Below, in pieces: positions 10,501 to 20,854 of a stretch of DNA of 64,000 nucleotides (its first letter is position 1; every line of letters starts with the position of its first letter). The stretch is from a virus. Taxonomy: Duplodnaviria; Heunggongvirae; Uroviricota; Caudoviricetes. Location: positions 84,614 through 148,613 of the IMG/VR virus record IMGVR_UViG_3300038443_000757; one strand, written 5' to 3'. A program made the translations under genes and the position numbers. The notes beneath the pieces were generated by a model, which had not been told where the DNA came from, searched no databases, and saw nothing but the letters and a program-made list of their open reading frames with translations.

Positions 10501-10776
10501 AACACTCCTAATAGTATACCATTCTTCTTGTGTTCCAATTTTAACCTTTAGCAAATATCTATTTCTTACAAGCGAGACATTAGGATTGTCAATTAAGGTA
10601 TGATTGAAATCTAGACTATAAGGAACATTGAAAGTTAGCTCATTAATATTTCCCATCAATACTGACACATTTTTATTATAGGATTCATTTAATTTTGCAA
10701 TTGTAACTCTATCTGGTTTAGCAAGAAATATTTCTATTTCTCTTGGTTTTAAATTTAAATTGATATCTCCTATCAT
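7597..10776 (-). CDS. tail-associated (Tal/endopeptidase-type, SPbeta YomG-like) protein
   Basis: 1059 aa after Dit; LFVEGADGLSI..NPTG.NYI.DFS.F motif, coiled coil, C-terminal AITKDGIV.ERI.GK.L.G. Confidence 0.75.
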   Translation of the reverse strand: MIGDINLNLKPREIEIFLAKPDRVTIAKLNESYNKNVSVLMGNINELTFNVPYSLDFNHTLIDNPNVSLVRNRYLLKVKIGTQEEWYTIRSVVESGEEDSEYKQVKAYLLPYEMNDNLIRTFQEDGLNLTSVLMGGTVTDSVGTSRQITGILDETKWSVGYVDADFDTKFRSFDFTSTTVLDAVMQIAETFQAIIKWDTINREISFVKQEDYGINMGLTMSHGKYLQSVSRDSNSDEMATRLFVEGADGLSIQRINPTGTNYIDDFSTFMYPFQRDASKNVIQSSYYMSDALCNAILDYNEFLAGKVGAFGDLLDQETAYQTTLTQKENDMATLQEQLAVIRNNIDIENSAGHDTTQPTTIEEQFYSFSLPITFGTSNSLKINSATLVIDNLKFADYPATDFLSSIKVNGIEVFSNDKTKWSTGSYNGSLNTPAGTDIVVNFKANYTYSVVSKIQVKIKNETSFIDPLSDASLVNMIQITTGTSLVAKLNQKNTEITNKQTEIDGVNAQITSVDTQIEDLRASVDSSNFINPTLQEELKDYIIKKEWVDQNYIYEQELYDDAIKYFEKLKQPQIIIEISLVNFLKIVEAQRDWDKLNLGDTITIKYDQLGINATAKIIGFEISEENDDITLTIANTQDVMSDNDKLIKAVYNSTGTTTTVDLSKRQWDNAVSTASSINQIINGQWDAIGRSIVAGVNNSVEISERGILVKNSTDPLSYLVIQNGVMAITNDNGNTWKHAITKDGIVGERIFGKLLAGVNLLIDASDSSGVKTFTVDANGVTLNGSKLTITGGGLTTTLANGVVIDATNGITITRTDGIARVILNATKGLSFQKSAGGGTWTDKFYYDSTSGNLILDGQLNAKSIKINGVEVIAGNFISGTMIDKLSVSKLDVSTAKITTAMIETLTVGTNVVMGPSATIAWTNVTGAPVSSWTNPSYITSTKITSTTIESPAISAGTINGTTITGAQINGGNINVTSDLFVGDNITLGTGLTRKTITFNSGAIIQSLNSAEIKISAENTYIWDGNVNIGNSNTAVYRTNFYGLVDFSSATVAGIHAVFG

Positions 10777-10788
10777 ATTAATCCTCCT

Positions 10789-11571
10789 TTATCCCTGAAT
10801 TGTTTTAAAATAAAACCTAAAGTCAAGTTTGACATTTCCATATACAACAAGATTATTTGTTCCTCTAACAATATCAAGATAGTTATTGTTAAAATTATCA
10901 TATCTATATGTATTAGACAAACTACTTTCAATATGTTGTGCATCGTTATCAACATAAACAATCTCATTATTCAGTAGTCCTGTAAACTTAAATTCAATTC
11001 CACCATTAGTATTGTTGACAATTCTTACGTCTCCATTCCCAATTTTAGTAATCCAAATTTCAGGATTGCAAATTACATCTCCATTATTCACGATTTGAAT
11101 AGCACTTCCGCCAACAGGATTGGTTGAGAGGTCATATGAATCAGTATATATTGGAGAATAACTATATGGGCTGTCACATCTCATTGTTATTTTGATATAC
11201 CCTTCATTTGTACCAGTATGAATAAGCTCTGGACTGTCAACAGCTATACAATAAAAAATTCTATTTTCATTTTCTTCGAAATACATTGGCTGAAAATAAG
11301 TCTGTCCACAAAGCCATCTTGCAACGCTTCTTATTTTTTCTTCATCCCACGCTTCTGAAAAAGCAAGTTCTAAGTCAAATTCTAAAGGTTCATATTCCAG
11401 ACCTTGAAAATATGGTTTATTTCTGCCTTTTATAATGATTTCATTCACCTTTCTTTGAGATGCAAATGGTTCACTCATCATTCCAGAAGATGAACTAACT
11501 GAAACATTCATTATGCCATAATCATATGAATACTCACCAGCATAAGAAAACCATAAAGACTCTTTAATCAT
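10789..11571 (-). CDS. distal tail protein (Dit)
   Basis: 260 aa between TMP and Tal; YEPLEFDLELAF, MRCDSPYSYS, NNGDVICNPEIWI motifs. Confidence 0.8.
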   Translation of the reverse strand: MIKESLWFSYAGEYSYDYGIMNVSVSSSSGMMSEPFASQRKVNEIIIKGRNKPYFQGLEYEPLEFDLELAFSEAWDEEKIRSVARWLCGQTYFQPMYFEENENRIFYCIAVDSPELIHTGTNEGYIKITMRCDSPYSYSPIYTDSYDLSTNPVGGSAIQIVNNGDVICNPEIWITKIGNGDVRIVNNTNGGIEFKFTGLLNNEIVYVDNDAQHIESSLSNTYRYDNFNNNYLDIVRGTNNLVVYGNVKLDFRFYFKTIQG

Positions 11572-11601
11572 ATTTTAACACCTACCTTTATAAATAAATA
11601 C

Positions 11602-11632
11602 AGAAAAGGCAGTGTTGGAGTACACTGCCTTA
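11602..11632 (-). terminator. intrinsic terminator
   Basis: AAGGCAGTGT/ACACTGCCTT 10-bp stem plus TTTTCT. Confidence 0.8.
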
Positions 11633-11649
11633 AAGTTTATCTTCTTTAT

Positions 11650-11678
11650 ATTATAACATTTTATGTTATATTTGTCAA
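11650..11678 (-). promoter_or_regulatory. sigmaA-type promoter
   Basis: TTGACA-17-TATAAT starting right after the TMP stop codon. Confidence 0.8.
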
Positions 11679-11679
11679 G

Positions 11680-14600
11680 TTAGATTTTGCCTCCAAGTTT
11701 TTTAACTCCATTTACAATTTCTGATGTGACAGCTTTCCCAGCATTCTTATCTCCAACAACTTTTTCAATGTTTACGTCAATGTTATAAATAATATCTCCA
11801 TTACCACTAGTGACGACAGGTCTTTGCAATGATTTTGCGAAACTCTTCATATTAGGAATAAAGTTATTTACAATGTTATCTGCTGGAGAGAACAGTTCTC
11901 CTTCAAGAGCTTTAACAACTTGTTCGTTAGGTTTCGTATTCATAAGCTTATCTACTAGAGATGTTGTTCTGTTTACCGCCCCTCCAGAGCCAACAACTCC
12001 ACCTTCATGGAATAGTTTTGTCTTCTTGGAACTGTCAGTATACCAAGCGCCACTTCCAGCGTCGTAGTACCAACCATTAGCTTTTCCAATTGCCTGATTT
12101 GCCGCCGCAAGTTGACTTTGTTTAGCCTTGTCTGTTGTATTTTTCCATGCCTCTGCGTTCTTTTTCATTTGTTCTAAATCATTCATAGTTTTTACAGCAG
12201 TTGGATTGATAACCTCCATTTCCTTCTTCAAGTCAGCGAACTTATCAATCAAATTTGTTTGCAAATAACCAGCAATAGTCTCAGAATGATCTTTCATGAA
12301 TGATTCAAATCCAGAAAACATTAGTTGGACGTTTTCAAAATGTCCAGACATTATTTGCTCTCTTACTGTATTCCATTTACGATCATCATTAATAATATTA
12401 TCATAATACTTTGTTTGGGCTTCTTTTTCATCGTTAAGTTCCTGAATTGCAATATCATACTTTCTTTTTTCTGTTTTTCCCTTAATTGTAATCTCATATT
12501 CAGCATTATCTTTAAGATTTTGAATTCTCTCTTTTTCTGCGTCCAGTTGATCATCCAATGATTGCTGTTGAAGTTCAATAGAGTGGTCATATTGCATATT
12601 TTGAATGTCAAGATCAGCATCTGCGAGTTGCTTTTTAAGTTCTGCTAGTTTCTTTTGTCCTGCCGCTGTTTTGTCAAGTTCTGCAACGTTAATAGCATTT
12701 TGCAAGTCTTGTCTGTTTGTTTGAGCTTTCTCTAAGTCTTGGTTATATTTTCTAGCATCTTGATCAGCTTGCAAACTTGCTTTCTTTTGATTTACAAGTT
12801 TTTCGTAAGCATCTGATTGTTTGTCAAGAGATTCCATTTGAGCATCATGAAGCTTATTAATAGCGTCAATTTGAGCATCAATTCCATCAAGAACAATTTG
12901 CTTCTGTTGTTCGTAAGCATCTTTCAGCGCTTGAACAACATCGTCAGCTACTTGTTTAACCTGATCTTTTAATGCATCATTTACACTAGCAATGCTTCCA
13001 GCCAATTCCCACCATTGATTACTCAATCCTTTAAGCTGATCTTCTAAGTCTTTTCTATCCTTGTCTTTGAGTTTGGTGTTCTTTAGCTGTTTTCTAACTT
13101 CTTCAGCTTCGTCATGGACAGCCTTTTGCATCTTCTTATAGATGTCAATTTGACTAATCAAGGCTTCTCTATATTGTCTGGAGTCTTCAGGATATGTTGA
13201 CATCTTATTTTGGATAAGAGCAAGAGAACCTTGAAGTTCTGTTAGCCTTGTATTGTACTGTTCAATCGAACTGCTTGACAATTCAAGTCCTTTAGAATTG
13301 ATCTCACCTTGCGTATCAAGCCAACTTGAACCAAGACCATCGATTGTGTCACTAAGTTCTGCTATTTTTTGAGACAATGTGTTGTATTTGTCTTTTCCTT
13401 CGTCGGATAGTTTATTGAAGCTTCCCATAGCACTAAGCTGTTTTTGATACCCATCTCTTAAGCCTCTAAGTCTATCAGCTTCAGTATGCATCAAGTCTTG
13501 TCTATCGTGCAACAAACCAATTTCTTTAGTAAGTGCATTTCTATATTTTTGAGAGGTAGGAACATATCCTGCTAGAGCGGCCTCTGAAGACTGAATTTGT
13601 TTATCGATATTAGCGAGATTTCTATTATATTGTTCAGCAAGTTTATCAAATGCTTCAATATCTTTTTTTGTCTTATCTTTTTTATCCTTTTTAGGCTTAG
13701 TAGTATCAACTCCAACACTGCCAAGAGATTTTTGAAGAACTGTTGCACTCTGAGAAAGTTCGCCAATTTGATCAATGAATCCATCTAAATTAGCCGCTTC
13801 ACCTGTGACTTGTTGTACATAGTCTGCTCCAAGCGAAGAATAGGTTGACAACTGTTTGGCAGTTTGTTCAGAAACTTTGTTCTTAGCCGCTTCAGCATCT
13901 GCCACTGTTTGAATAGCGTGAATTTGAATACCATACATATTAAGCATCGCTACAAGGGTTTGGTTTGAATTAATTAAATCTTCTTTTCTTGCTCTCGCTA
14001 TTTTGTCAAATGCGTCAAGTTCTGCATCTCTTTTATCTTTAACGGCTTCTACGTTAATTTTAATTTGACCATGTTCGATTTTAAACATATCAACAAGTGA
14101 TGCATCTTTTGCAATCAAGTCTGCCGCCGCTTGAGCGCTTACAGTCTTATTGTTAGCGTAATCATGAAGAAGTCCGTTCAAATCACTAAGAGAATCTGCG
14201 CTATCTTTGTAACTTGATATAAGTTCATCTGTTATTGTTTTAAAGTCTTTAAAGTTATGAGAGGCTTCAGTTGCGGTTCCGCCAAGTCCAAGCAAAGAAT
14301 TTGCAAAAGAGTCTACATCTTCTACTCCAAGATCATGTGCAAGAGTTTTGATTCCAGCAAGCGCCGTCTGAATAACTGCACCATTTCTTGAAAAAGAATC
14401 GTCAGCCATTTCTTTTTTAAATGTTTGAATTTGTTCAATTAGACTTGATATTCTAGCCATACCAGCATTAGCTGTGGCTTCAGTTGAATAATCAATTTTG
14501 TCTACCATTCCTTTTACAGTTTTAAGCAACGCATCTCCAAGTTGTGTGTCAGAGCTTTTGTCAAGATCATCTACAAGTTGTTTGAATCTATCTTTTACGG

Positions 14601-17600
14601 AGTTGATTGAATCAGCAAGAGAAGATTGATCTACAATTACTTGAACCTTGTACTGAGCAATTCTTTCTGGATCAGACCTATTAGGGTCTGTTGGATTGAA
14701 TTTTCTTGGATCACCACTAAAATCGTATGGTTTTGCATTTGCAATCTGCTGACTTTTAGCGAGTTTCTTTCTTGCATCTGCAATATCCTGAAACATATCT
14801 CCAATTTCTTTTTTGGAAGTTTCAATTCTATAATTTCTTTCTGCTTCTACAAGAGCATCCATACTTTGACGCTCTTCATCAATTGCTTTTTTAGATTTTA
14901 AATGAGCTTCACCTTTTTCATTAATACTTTCTACAAGGTTTGGAAGCAGTTCTGCAAGATCACTAACTGTTTGGTTATACTTCTGTTGCTGTTCATCATC
15001 TGCAAAAGTTTTACCGCCATTAGTTTTATCTTCAAGTTCTCCATATGTTTTAATTAATTTTTCAACTGTTTCTCTATGAGTTGTCCAGCTTTCAACAATG
15101 GTTTCATTCCTCTTTTTCAGTTCTTCTGCTCTTTCTTTGGCTTTAGCCATTGCGTCTCCAATTTTTTGAAAAATTGTTACAACTGCTGTCAGTGCAAGCA
15201 TTGGTAAAAATGCAGTAAGTAATCCTCTTAGTCCAATTGCTAAACCTCTAACTGCCCAAGTTGCCGCATTAGCACTTTTACCAGCGCCAAGTATTGCATT
15301 AGCTGTCGTTCTAGTGCTTACAGTCAATTTTCTGAGATTTGTATCAGATAGTTTCATCCAACTTATGAATGACTTGCCAATATCCATATAAACTGTTCTT
15401 ACAGCTTTTGAAAATACCAAAACTGCTGTGGTCGCAATCCCCAACACTACAGGAAGTCCGCCAGTAAAATCTACGGCTTTTCCAATAACGCTAACAAGAC
15501 TAGTTAGATCCACTATTGCATCTTGAATTCCCTGATCCTGAAATGTATCTTGAAATATACCTGTCCAAGCATTTTTTAATTTTTGAAGTTTCGCTTCAGT
15601 TCCTTGTTGATATAGATCAAATTTTCTTTGGGCAGTTCCAGCTTTATTAAGAGATTCAGAATAAAGGTCAATAGTTTGTGGATAACCTTGCATCAAGTTA
15701 AGGAAACGTGATTGTTGGTATGTTCCCGCGACAGTTGTCGCAATATATGCCTGAGTTCTTGAATCAAGTGTGTTCCACTTTGCTCCAAGTTCATCCATTA
15801 CGTCTCCAAAATTTCTAAATGTATTATCAGCATTTACAAGGCTGATGCCTACAGTTGATAAAGCTTTTGCAACATCATTGATCTTGGTTCCATCAGTTTC
15901 GTCAAATCCGCCTTCTTTAAGGTTTTGTACACGTGCAAGTATCGTCTTGATAGAGTTACCAATCGTCTCAGCGCTCTCACGCGTCTTTGAAGACACGATA
16001 GCAATCCAGCTTGATACCTTCTCAAGACTGATTCCCAAGGCTCCTGCTGTACCGCCTACGCGTTGCATGGCCCTTCCAAGCTCGTCTGATCCAGTGGCAG
16101 TGGCATCTCCCATATATGAAAATACGTCTGCGGCATGTTCAGCAGTAACGCCCATTGAGTTTACAGTTGCAGTAAGAATTTCTGCTGATTCGTTAAAATC
16201 AAGATTAGAAATCTTAGCGTACTTAATTGCAGTTTGCATCTTGTCAACCATCTCAGCCTGAGTCAAGCCTTGACGAGCAAATTCTACAGCACCTTTTGCT
16301 ACTTCATCAGTAGCGATACCCATATCCATGGCCATGTCTCTAAGCTGTTTTGACAATCCACCAAGTTGAGTTTGCGATTCTCCATAAACGATAGACAACT
16401 GAGTAAGTGATTTGTTGAATTCGTTTACATATGCAACTCCATCAGTAAAGAAATGTAAGGTTTGATAGAATGCTGTCATACCAGCCATCCAGATAGGAAT
16501 AGATTCCATAGCTTTAGCAAACTTCTGTCTAAAATCTAGATTTCTGTTTGCAGTACTTTTAAGCGTTTCACCAAGGATTCTTAACTCTCCAGTAGCTTCG
16601 TCAATTGAACCTTTGTATCTTGAGAATGTATTTTTACCAGTTTCAACATCTGCTGTAAATTTAATTAATTGTTGTTGAGTTTTAGGATCAATAACATTGG
16701 AAGTAATAGCTAATGAATCAGCTTTTACTGATCTCTTACCAATTAATTGAGACCCTGACAACTGAGACATTACCTGATTTCTGATAGACTCTTGATTTCC
16801 ACTGAAATTAAACCCTGTAACTTTTTGAGAATTACCTTTTAGTCCAAGTCTATTCAATCTGTTTTGTTCGTCTTCAAGCTTTTTAAATTCAGCAATAGTT
16901 CTCTGTATTCCATCAATTCTTTCTTTGAATTGTCTTTGTTCGTCATCACTCAATCTACCATTTGTTTTTTGAATATTCTCAAGTTCATTTTGAACTTGTT
17001 GATACATTGTTTTTGCTTGATTAAGTTTATTTTGATCAAAAAATCCAACCTTTTTAAGATCAACATTATCTATTCCTTTTTTAGTTGTATCAATAAAATC
17101 CTGCAAAGACTTTTTAGCTTGTTCAATATTATCAGTGACAGTTTTACCATCAGTTTTGAAAATGCTCCATTTTTGACGTTGCATTTCCTTTTGTCCAGTA
17201 TCTGGATTCTCTACCATAACACGATTAATAAAAGTCTGCCATTTCATGCGTTCTTTGATCATTTCACCAGCGGCATTTTTATATGTAATAGTTGCGGATT
17301 TAATTCTATTATTTTGATCTACTTCTGTTTGCACAATAGCTTTATTGCCTGAACCAAGAGATTTATTAATTTCGTCTACTCTTTTTTGCAGTGACTTTAA
17401 GCCTTCATCACCATACGCTGATTGAGCAGACTTCTTCCCCATAGTTTTAATTTTCTCTTGTTGCTGATCAAGTTTCTTAGAAAACTTATCCATAATAACT
17501 TGTGCATCTTTAAGTCCGCTAGTGTCTACTTCAAGATGAAGTTTGATAATTTTCTTTTGTATTTGTTCAATTGCACTATTAATAGCCGCAACAGATTCTG

Positions 17601-17649
17601 GAACATTCAAATCCGCTGTAAGTAAGATTTTCATATCCGACATAAACAT
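11680..17649 (-). CDS. tape measure protein (TP901-type core)
   Basis: 1989 aa helical; ELGRAMQRVGGTA, ESAETIGNSIKTILAR core; long coiled coils. Confidence 0.95.
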   Translation of the reverse strand: MFMSDMKILLTADLNVPESVAAINSAIEQIQKKIIKLHLEVDTSGLKDAQVIMDKFSKKLDQQQEKIKTMGKKSAQSAYGDEGLKSLQKRVDEINKSLGSGNKAIVQTEVDQNNRIKSATITYKNAAGEMIKERMKWQTFINRVMVENPDTGQKEMQRQKWSIFKTDGKTVTDNIEQAKKSLQDFIDTTKKGIDNVDLKKVGFFDQNKLNQAKTMYQQVQNELENIQKTNGRLSDDEQRQFKERIDGIQRTIAEFKKLEDEQNRLNRLGLKGNSQKVTGFNFSGNQESIRNQVMSQLSGSQLIGKRSVKADSLAITSNVIDPKTQQQLIKFTADVETGKNTFSRYKGSIDEATGELRILGETLKSTANRNLDFRQKFAKAMESIPIWMAGMTAFYQTLHFFTDGVAYVNEFNKSLTQLSIVYGESQTQLGGLSKQLRDMAMDMGIATDEVAKGAVEFARQGLTQAEMVDKMQTAIKYAKISNLDFNESAEILTATVNSMGVTAEHAADVFSYMGDATATGSDELGRAMQRVGGTAGALGISLEKVSSWIAIVSSKTRESAETIGNSIKTILARVQNLKEGGFDETDGTKINDVAKALSTVGISLVNADNTFRNFGDVMDELGAKWNTLDSRTQAYIATTVAGTYQQSRFLNLMQGYPQTIDLYSESLNKAGTAQRKFDLYQQGTEAKLQKLKNAWTGIFQDTFQDQGIQDAIVDLTSLVSVIGKAVDFTGGLPVVLGIATTAVLVFSKAVRTVYMDIGKSFISWMKLSDTNLRKLTVSTRTTANAILGAGKSANAATWAVRGLAIGLRGLLTAFLPMLALTAVVTIFQKIGDAMAKAKERAEELKKRNETIVESWTTHRETVEKLIKTYGELEDKTNGGKTFADDEQQQKYNQTVSDLAELLPNLVESINEKGEAHLKSKKAIDEERQSMDALVEAERNYRIETSKKEIGDMFQDIADARKKLAKSQQIANAKPYDFSGDPRKFNPTDPNRSDPERIAQYKVQVIVDQSSLADSINSVKDRFKQLVDDLDKSSDTQLGDALLKTVKGMVDKIDYSTEATANAGMARISSLIEQIQTFKKEMADDSFSRNGAVIQTALAGIKTLAHDLGVEDVDSFANSLLGLGGTATEASHNFKDFKTITDELISSYKDSADSLSDLNGLLHDYANNKTVSAQAAADLIAKDASLVDMFKIEHGQIKINVEAVKDKRDAELDAFDKIARARKEDLINSNQTLVAMLNMYGIQIHAIQTVADAEAAKNKVSEQTAKQLSTYSSLGADYVQQVTGEAANLDGFIDQIGELSQSATVLQKSLGSVGVDTTKPKKDKKDKTKKDIEAFDKLAEQYNRNLANIDKQIQSSEAALAGYVPTSQKYRNALTKEIGLLHDRQDLMHTEADRLRGLRDGYQKQLSAMGSFNKLSDEGKDKYNTLSQKIAELSDTIDGLGSSWLDTQGEINSKGLELSSSSIEQYNTRLTELQGSLALIQNKMSTYPEDSRQYREALISQIDIYKKMQKAVHDEAEEVRKQLKNTKLKDKDRKDLEDQLKGLSNQWWELAGSIASVNDALKDQVKQVADDVVQALKDAYEQQKQIVLDGIDAQIDAINKLHDAQMESLDKQSDAYEKLVNQKKASLQADQDARKYNQDLEKAQTNRQDLQNAINVAELDKTAAGQKKLAELKKQLADADLDIQNMQYDHSIELQQQSLDDQLDAEKERIQNLKDNAEYEITIKGKTEKRKYDIAIQELNDEKEAQTKYYDNIINDDRKWNTVREQIMSGHFENVQLMFSGFESFMKDHSETIAGYLQTNLIDKFADLKKEMEVINPTAVKTMNDLEQMKKNAEAWKNTTDKAKQSQLAAANQAIGKANGWYYDAGSGAWYTDSSKKTKLFHEGGVVGSGGAVNRTTSLVDKLMNTKPNEQVVKALEGELFSPADNIVNNFIPNMKSFAKSLQRPVVTSGNGDIIYNIDVNIEKVVGDKNAGKAVTSEIVNGVKKLGGKI

Positions 17650-17697
17650 ACCTCCTTAATTCCTTAAATATAAAGAAAGAGGGTTTTCACCCTCTTA

Positions 17698-18114
17698 TTA
17701 GTCTAGTTCTACTATATCGCAGAAACGATCATAGTCTGCCGCTTCCTGCCCTTTGAATGTTTTGTTTGTATTTAAAATAATATCCTGAATCGCTTTAAGC
17801 ATATTTTCTTTGTCACCTGTTGGTTCAATAATAAATTCTTCAAGCATTAACTCAGTGTATTCTTTTTGGAATCCTTCTATATCCTTAAGTTTGAAAACAG
17901 TTGAACCATCTTCTTTAGCCTCTGTTTGCGGTTCACCATTTTCATCTTTGTATGAAAATTGTTTGATAAGCTCTTGTCTTTCTTCTTCAATTTGATTAAG
18001 GTGTGCGCTTACCAGTTTTAAAAATCTACTTCTCATACGAGAATGCTTCGCATTAACCTCTTCGTTGGTCAAAAAAATAACAAAATTTTCAATTTCATAA
18101 TTATACATTTTCAT
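17698..18114 (-). CDS. tail-region protein (DUF1617-like)
   Basis: 138 aa, HSRMRSRFLKLV and KDENGEP motifs, just upstream of TMP. Confidence 0.5.
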   Translation of the reverse strand: MKMYNYEIENFVIFLTNEEVNAKHSRMRSRFLKLVSAHLNQIEEERQELIKQFSYKDENGEPQTEAKEDGSTVFKLKDIEGFQKEYTELMLEEFIIEPTGDKENMLKAIQDIILNTNKTFKGQEAADYDRFCDIVELD

Positions 18115-18154
18115 ATAAAAATCCCCTTTTTTTCATTTTTATTTTATAAGATAC

Positions 18155-18661
18155 TTATTTAACTTTTAATCCTCTTGATTGCAATTTTAATTTCAAGTCT
18201 CTTTTGAAAGTTCTAAAAATAAAACTTTCTGCATTAGTAAAATACGGTCTAGGTTTTGTCCAATAACCGTCTCCAAATATCTTTCCGCTTCTACCATCAT
18301 TAATAACTCTTGGAAGATAATAAGAATATTCTTGTGGAAAGTATCCCTTGACTGTACTATGATGCTGGCCCATATAATTATTTCCCTTATATGGTGCGAC
18401 TGGCTTCATCATCATTGGGTCATGATAAATTTCAGCATTAGTAAAGCCTCCAACTTGATAAACATCACTTTTGACACTCTTTCTTAATTCGCCAGTTCTT
18501 TTATATGTAGATGGCGTTCCAGCGTCGTAAACATCAGACTCAATATAATCCTTAACAGTTTGTTCAGCATCTTTTGCTATGCTCTTCATTGCCGATAAAA
18601 TATACTGATTCAACACTGTCTCCAAATCTTTGTCATTTTTAATTGTCTTCTTAAAAGCCAT
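18155..18661 (-). CDS. HK97 gp10-like tail completion protein
   Basis: YKRTGELRKS and KPRPYF motifs; start moved to MAFKK (GGGGAG RBS) rather than track start 18736. Confidence 0.6.
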   Translation of the reverse strand: MAFKKTIKNDKDLETVLNQYILSAMKSIAKDAEQTVKDYIESDVYDAGTPSTYKRTGELRKSVKSDVYQVGGFTNAEIYHDPMMMKPVAPYKGNNYMGQHHSTVKGYFPQEYSYYLPRVINDGRSGKIFGDGYWTKPRPYFTNAESFIFRTFKRDLKLKLQSRGLKVK

Positions 18662-18683
18662 TACTACCAACTCCCCTTGGAGT

Positions 18684-19163
18684 TTATTCGATTCCCAAAG
18701 CTTCCTGCCTGTCTTGAATCTCTTTTTGAATTTCATCTAATCTTTGTGCCAATTCGTCAGCCATAGCATCTCTTTCTTTTAGTGTTTCGGTCATTTTATT
18801 GAAAACGCTTTCAATTTGTTCCTGCGGAAAACAAGATACGATTCCTCCGAGCAAATCTTGATCAATAAGCATACGCAAAAAAGCCACTTGCTCATTTACA
18901 TTCTCTGGAACATCAATGTTCGTAAAATGCTTAATAAGCAACATAACACCATAAGGTATAAAGATTGACTTCAAATCAATTCCTTGTTTCTCTGCATCCT
19001 GCATTTTAACGAGCATTTCTGCAATCAGGTCCATAATCTTAGATTCTTTAAAAAACTTATCAACTTTAAATGTGTAGTTTTTAACTTCAGCAGTTAATTG
19101 TTCACTAAGATTCTTGTCTTCCTTTTTTACATTAGCATACGACAGATTTTTCTTTCTTGCCAT
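18684..19163 (-). CDS. putative tail assembly chaperone
   Basis: 159 aa acidic/helical, immediately downstream of major tail gene. Confidence 0.5.
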   Translation of the reverse strand: MARKKNLSYANVKKEDKNLSEQLTAEVKNYTFKVDKFFKESKIMDLIAEMLVKMQDAEKQGIDLKSIFIPYGVMLLIKHFTNIDVPENVNEQVAFLRMLIDQDLLGGIVSCFPQEQIESVFNKMTETLKERDAMADELAQRLDEIQKEIQDRQEALGIE

Positions 19164-19221
19164 AACTATTCATCCCCTTTTATACATATATTAATTTTAT
19201 ACTGCATTTATACCCTTAAAA

Positions 19222-19257
19222 CAAAAATAGAGATAGAGCAATTTACTCTATCCCTAT
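19222..19257 (-). terminator. intrinsic terminator
   Basis: ATAGGGATAGAG/CTCTATCTCTAT stem plus TTTTG. Confidence 0.75.
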
Positions 19258-19284
19258 TCTATACCATATTCTATTTTTTGTCAA
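19256..19284 (-). promoter_or_regulatory. sigmaA-type promoter
   Basis: TTGACA-17-TAGAAT. Confidence 0.6.
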
Positions 19285-19291
19285 GTATAAA

Positions 19292-20038
19292 TTAATACTT
19301 GATAAGAGAAATCATTTCTGGCGAATCGTCTGTACGGAATACCGTAAGATTCATGTCAAACACAGTAGGATCACCGTCAGCTTGGAACGTCAGTGTGAAG
19401 TTAGGCTGAACTTTTGCCTTGTTAATAACGAATTGGAACGGCTCGTCAACACCAGTCTCAGAGTTACGAATCAGCGTGTCACCAACAACCTTAACGTAAC
19501 TTGGGAACTTGTCAGCGGAAATCGTGATTTTCTGAGCAGTAGCATCAGTCGTGAACTGGTAATAAACAACAACTGTAGCTCCTACAGGAATATTGGTATT
19601 CGTAAACTCAATTACGCTACCAGTTTTGCTTACTGGAGTAATTTCAGTAATTTCATCGTCCTTGTATGTATACACAGTTCCTGTAAGGAATGTTTCAGAA
19701 GTTGTTACCTTTGTTTGACCAGCAGTAGTAGAAACAATAGCAACCAGTTTTTCACGCTTGTAAGCTGTTTGAGCGCCAGTAACCATTTCGTTGCCTGTCA
19801 TCAGAGCGATAGATTTAGGACTCATAAGAGCATCTTGCATCGTTACATTAGCTTCACGGTTGAAGTCCCATTCCAGAAGTTTAGGATTACCCTTACCGCC
19901 ACGTGCCGCAGAGTTTTCAGCCGTATTTTCAATTGTAGATACCTTTAGAGTATCAAGGAAAAGAATAGGTTTGCCAGTGGAAAGATCATATACTGTAACA
20001 TCTGCAACTTCTTTTACACCATATTTATTCAGTGCCAT
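19292..20038 (-). CDS. major tail (tube) protein
   Basis: YGVKEVADV..YD, LKVST.EN.AE, ARGGKGNPKL..WD, F.LT.QA.GDP.VFD; strong codon bias. Confidence 0.85.
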   Translation of the reverse strand: MALNKYGVKEVADVTVYDLSTGKPILFLDTLKVSTIENTAENSAARGGKGNPKLLEWDFNREANVTMQDALMSPKSIALMTGNEMVTGAQTAYKREKLVAIVSTTAGQTKVTTSETFLTGTVYTYKDDEITEITPVSKTGSVIEFTNTNIPVGATVVVYYQFTTDATAQKITISADKFPSYVKVVGDTLIRNSETGVDEPFQFVINKAKVQPNFTLTFQADGDPTVFDMNLTVFRTDDSPEMISLIKY

Positions 20039-20089
20039 TTAAAAATCCCCCTTAAAAATTTAATTATATCAATAGGAAAACCTATTAAT

Positions 20090-20854
20090 TTATTCTTCCA
20101 TCTTAGATGACCAATGCTTAAGATTATCAATCTTTGCTCCTTGAATCATAGCTAAGATATTTGTCTCATAACCAGAAATCATTTCAAGTCTTTTGTATTC
20201 ATCATAAACCTGATAAATCGTTGCATCCCAAATCGTATGCTTGTTGTATGTATTGCTTTTTGTACTAACAGCACTGAGTATGTCAGCAAAGTCTATATCT
20301 TCTGAATTCTTAGCCTTTGCTTTTGCAACTTCCTTCTTAGACTTTTTCATTTTTTCTGCTATTTGTCTTGCTTTATCACTCATTTTAGATAAAGCTTCTT
20401 CCTCTTCAGATTTTGATTTTGAACTAGTAACAACACAATTTTGATGTTTTACAATTTCAACTATTGAATCAAAATTACCTGAATTGACTTTTCTAGCTTT
20501 ATCCAAATCTTGAGTGCCAAAAATTAAACTACCATCGAAGAACGATACGTCTTCCTTGTTTTCTCTTAAAAAGAAACACAAGGAGCTAATTAAAGCATCT
20601 ACAAGTAATTCATTACCAGAGAATAGCATTATATCGAAAACTGTAAGTTCTCTTATTTCAGGCAAGTCTTCTTTAATCAAATCTTCCTTTGTAAGTAAGA
20701 GAACTCCAAGGTGCCTATTGTAATTAACATAACCTTCATCCTTAACTTCTCTAGTTGTTAAAGGATAAATATTTAAATAACCTGTACTAAGGAAATCACC
20801 ACAAAGTAGTCTAAGTCTTAAGTCAATGCTGTCTATATTCTGGATATCAAACAT
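20090..20854 (-). CDS. conserved SPbeta-like virion-morphogenesis protein
   Basis: 254 aa between tail terminator-like and major tail genes. Confidence 0.5.
   Translation of the reverse strand: MFDIQNIDSIDLRLRLLCGDFLSTGYLNIYPLTTREVKDEGYVNYNRHLGVLLLTKEDLIKEDLPEIRELTVFDIMLFSGNELLVDALISSLCFFLRENKEDVSFFDGSLIFGTQDLDKARKVNSGNFDSIVEIVKHQNCVVTSSKSKSEEEEALSKMSDKARQIAEKMKKSKKEVAKAKAKNSEDIDFADILSAVSTKSNTYNKHTIWDATIYQVYDEYKRLEMISGYETNILAMIQGAKIDNLKHWSSKMEE

Noticed and set aside
18155-19163. Programmed frameshift tail-chaperone pair
   Set aside because: The downstream ORF has its own RBS/ATG and gp10-like motifs; no convincing slippery site identified.
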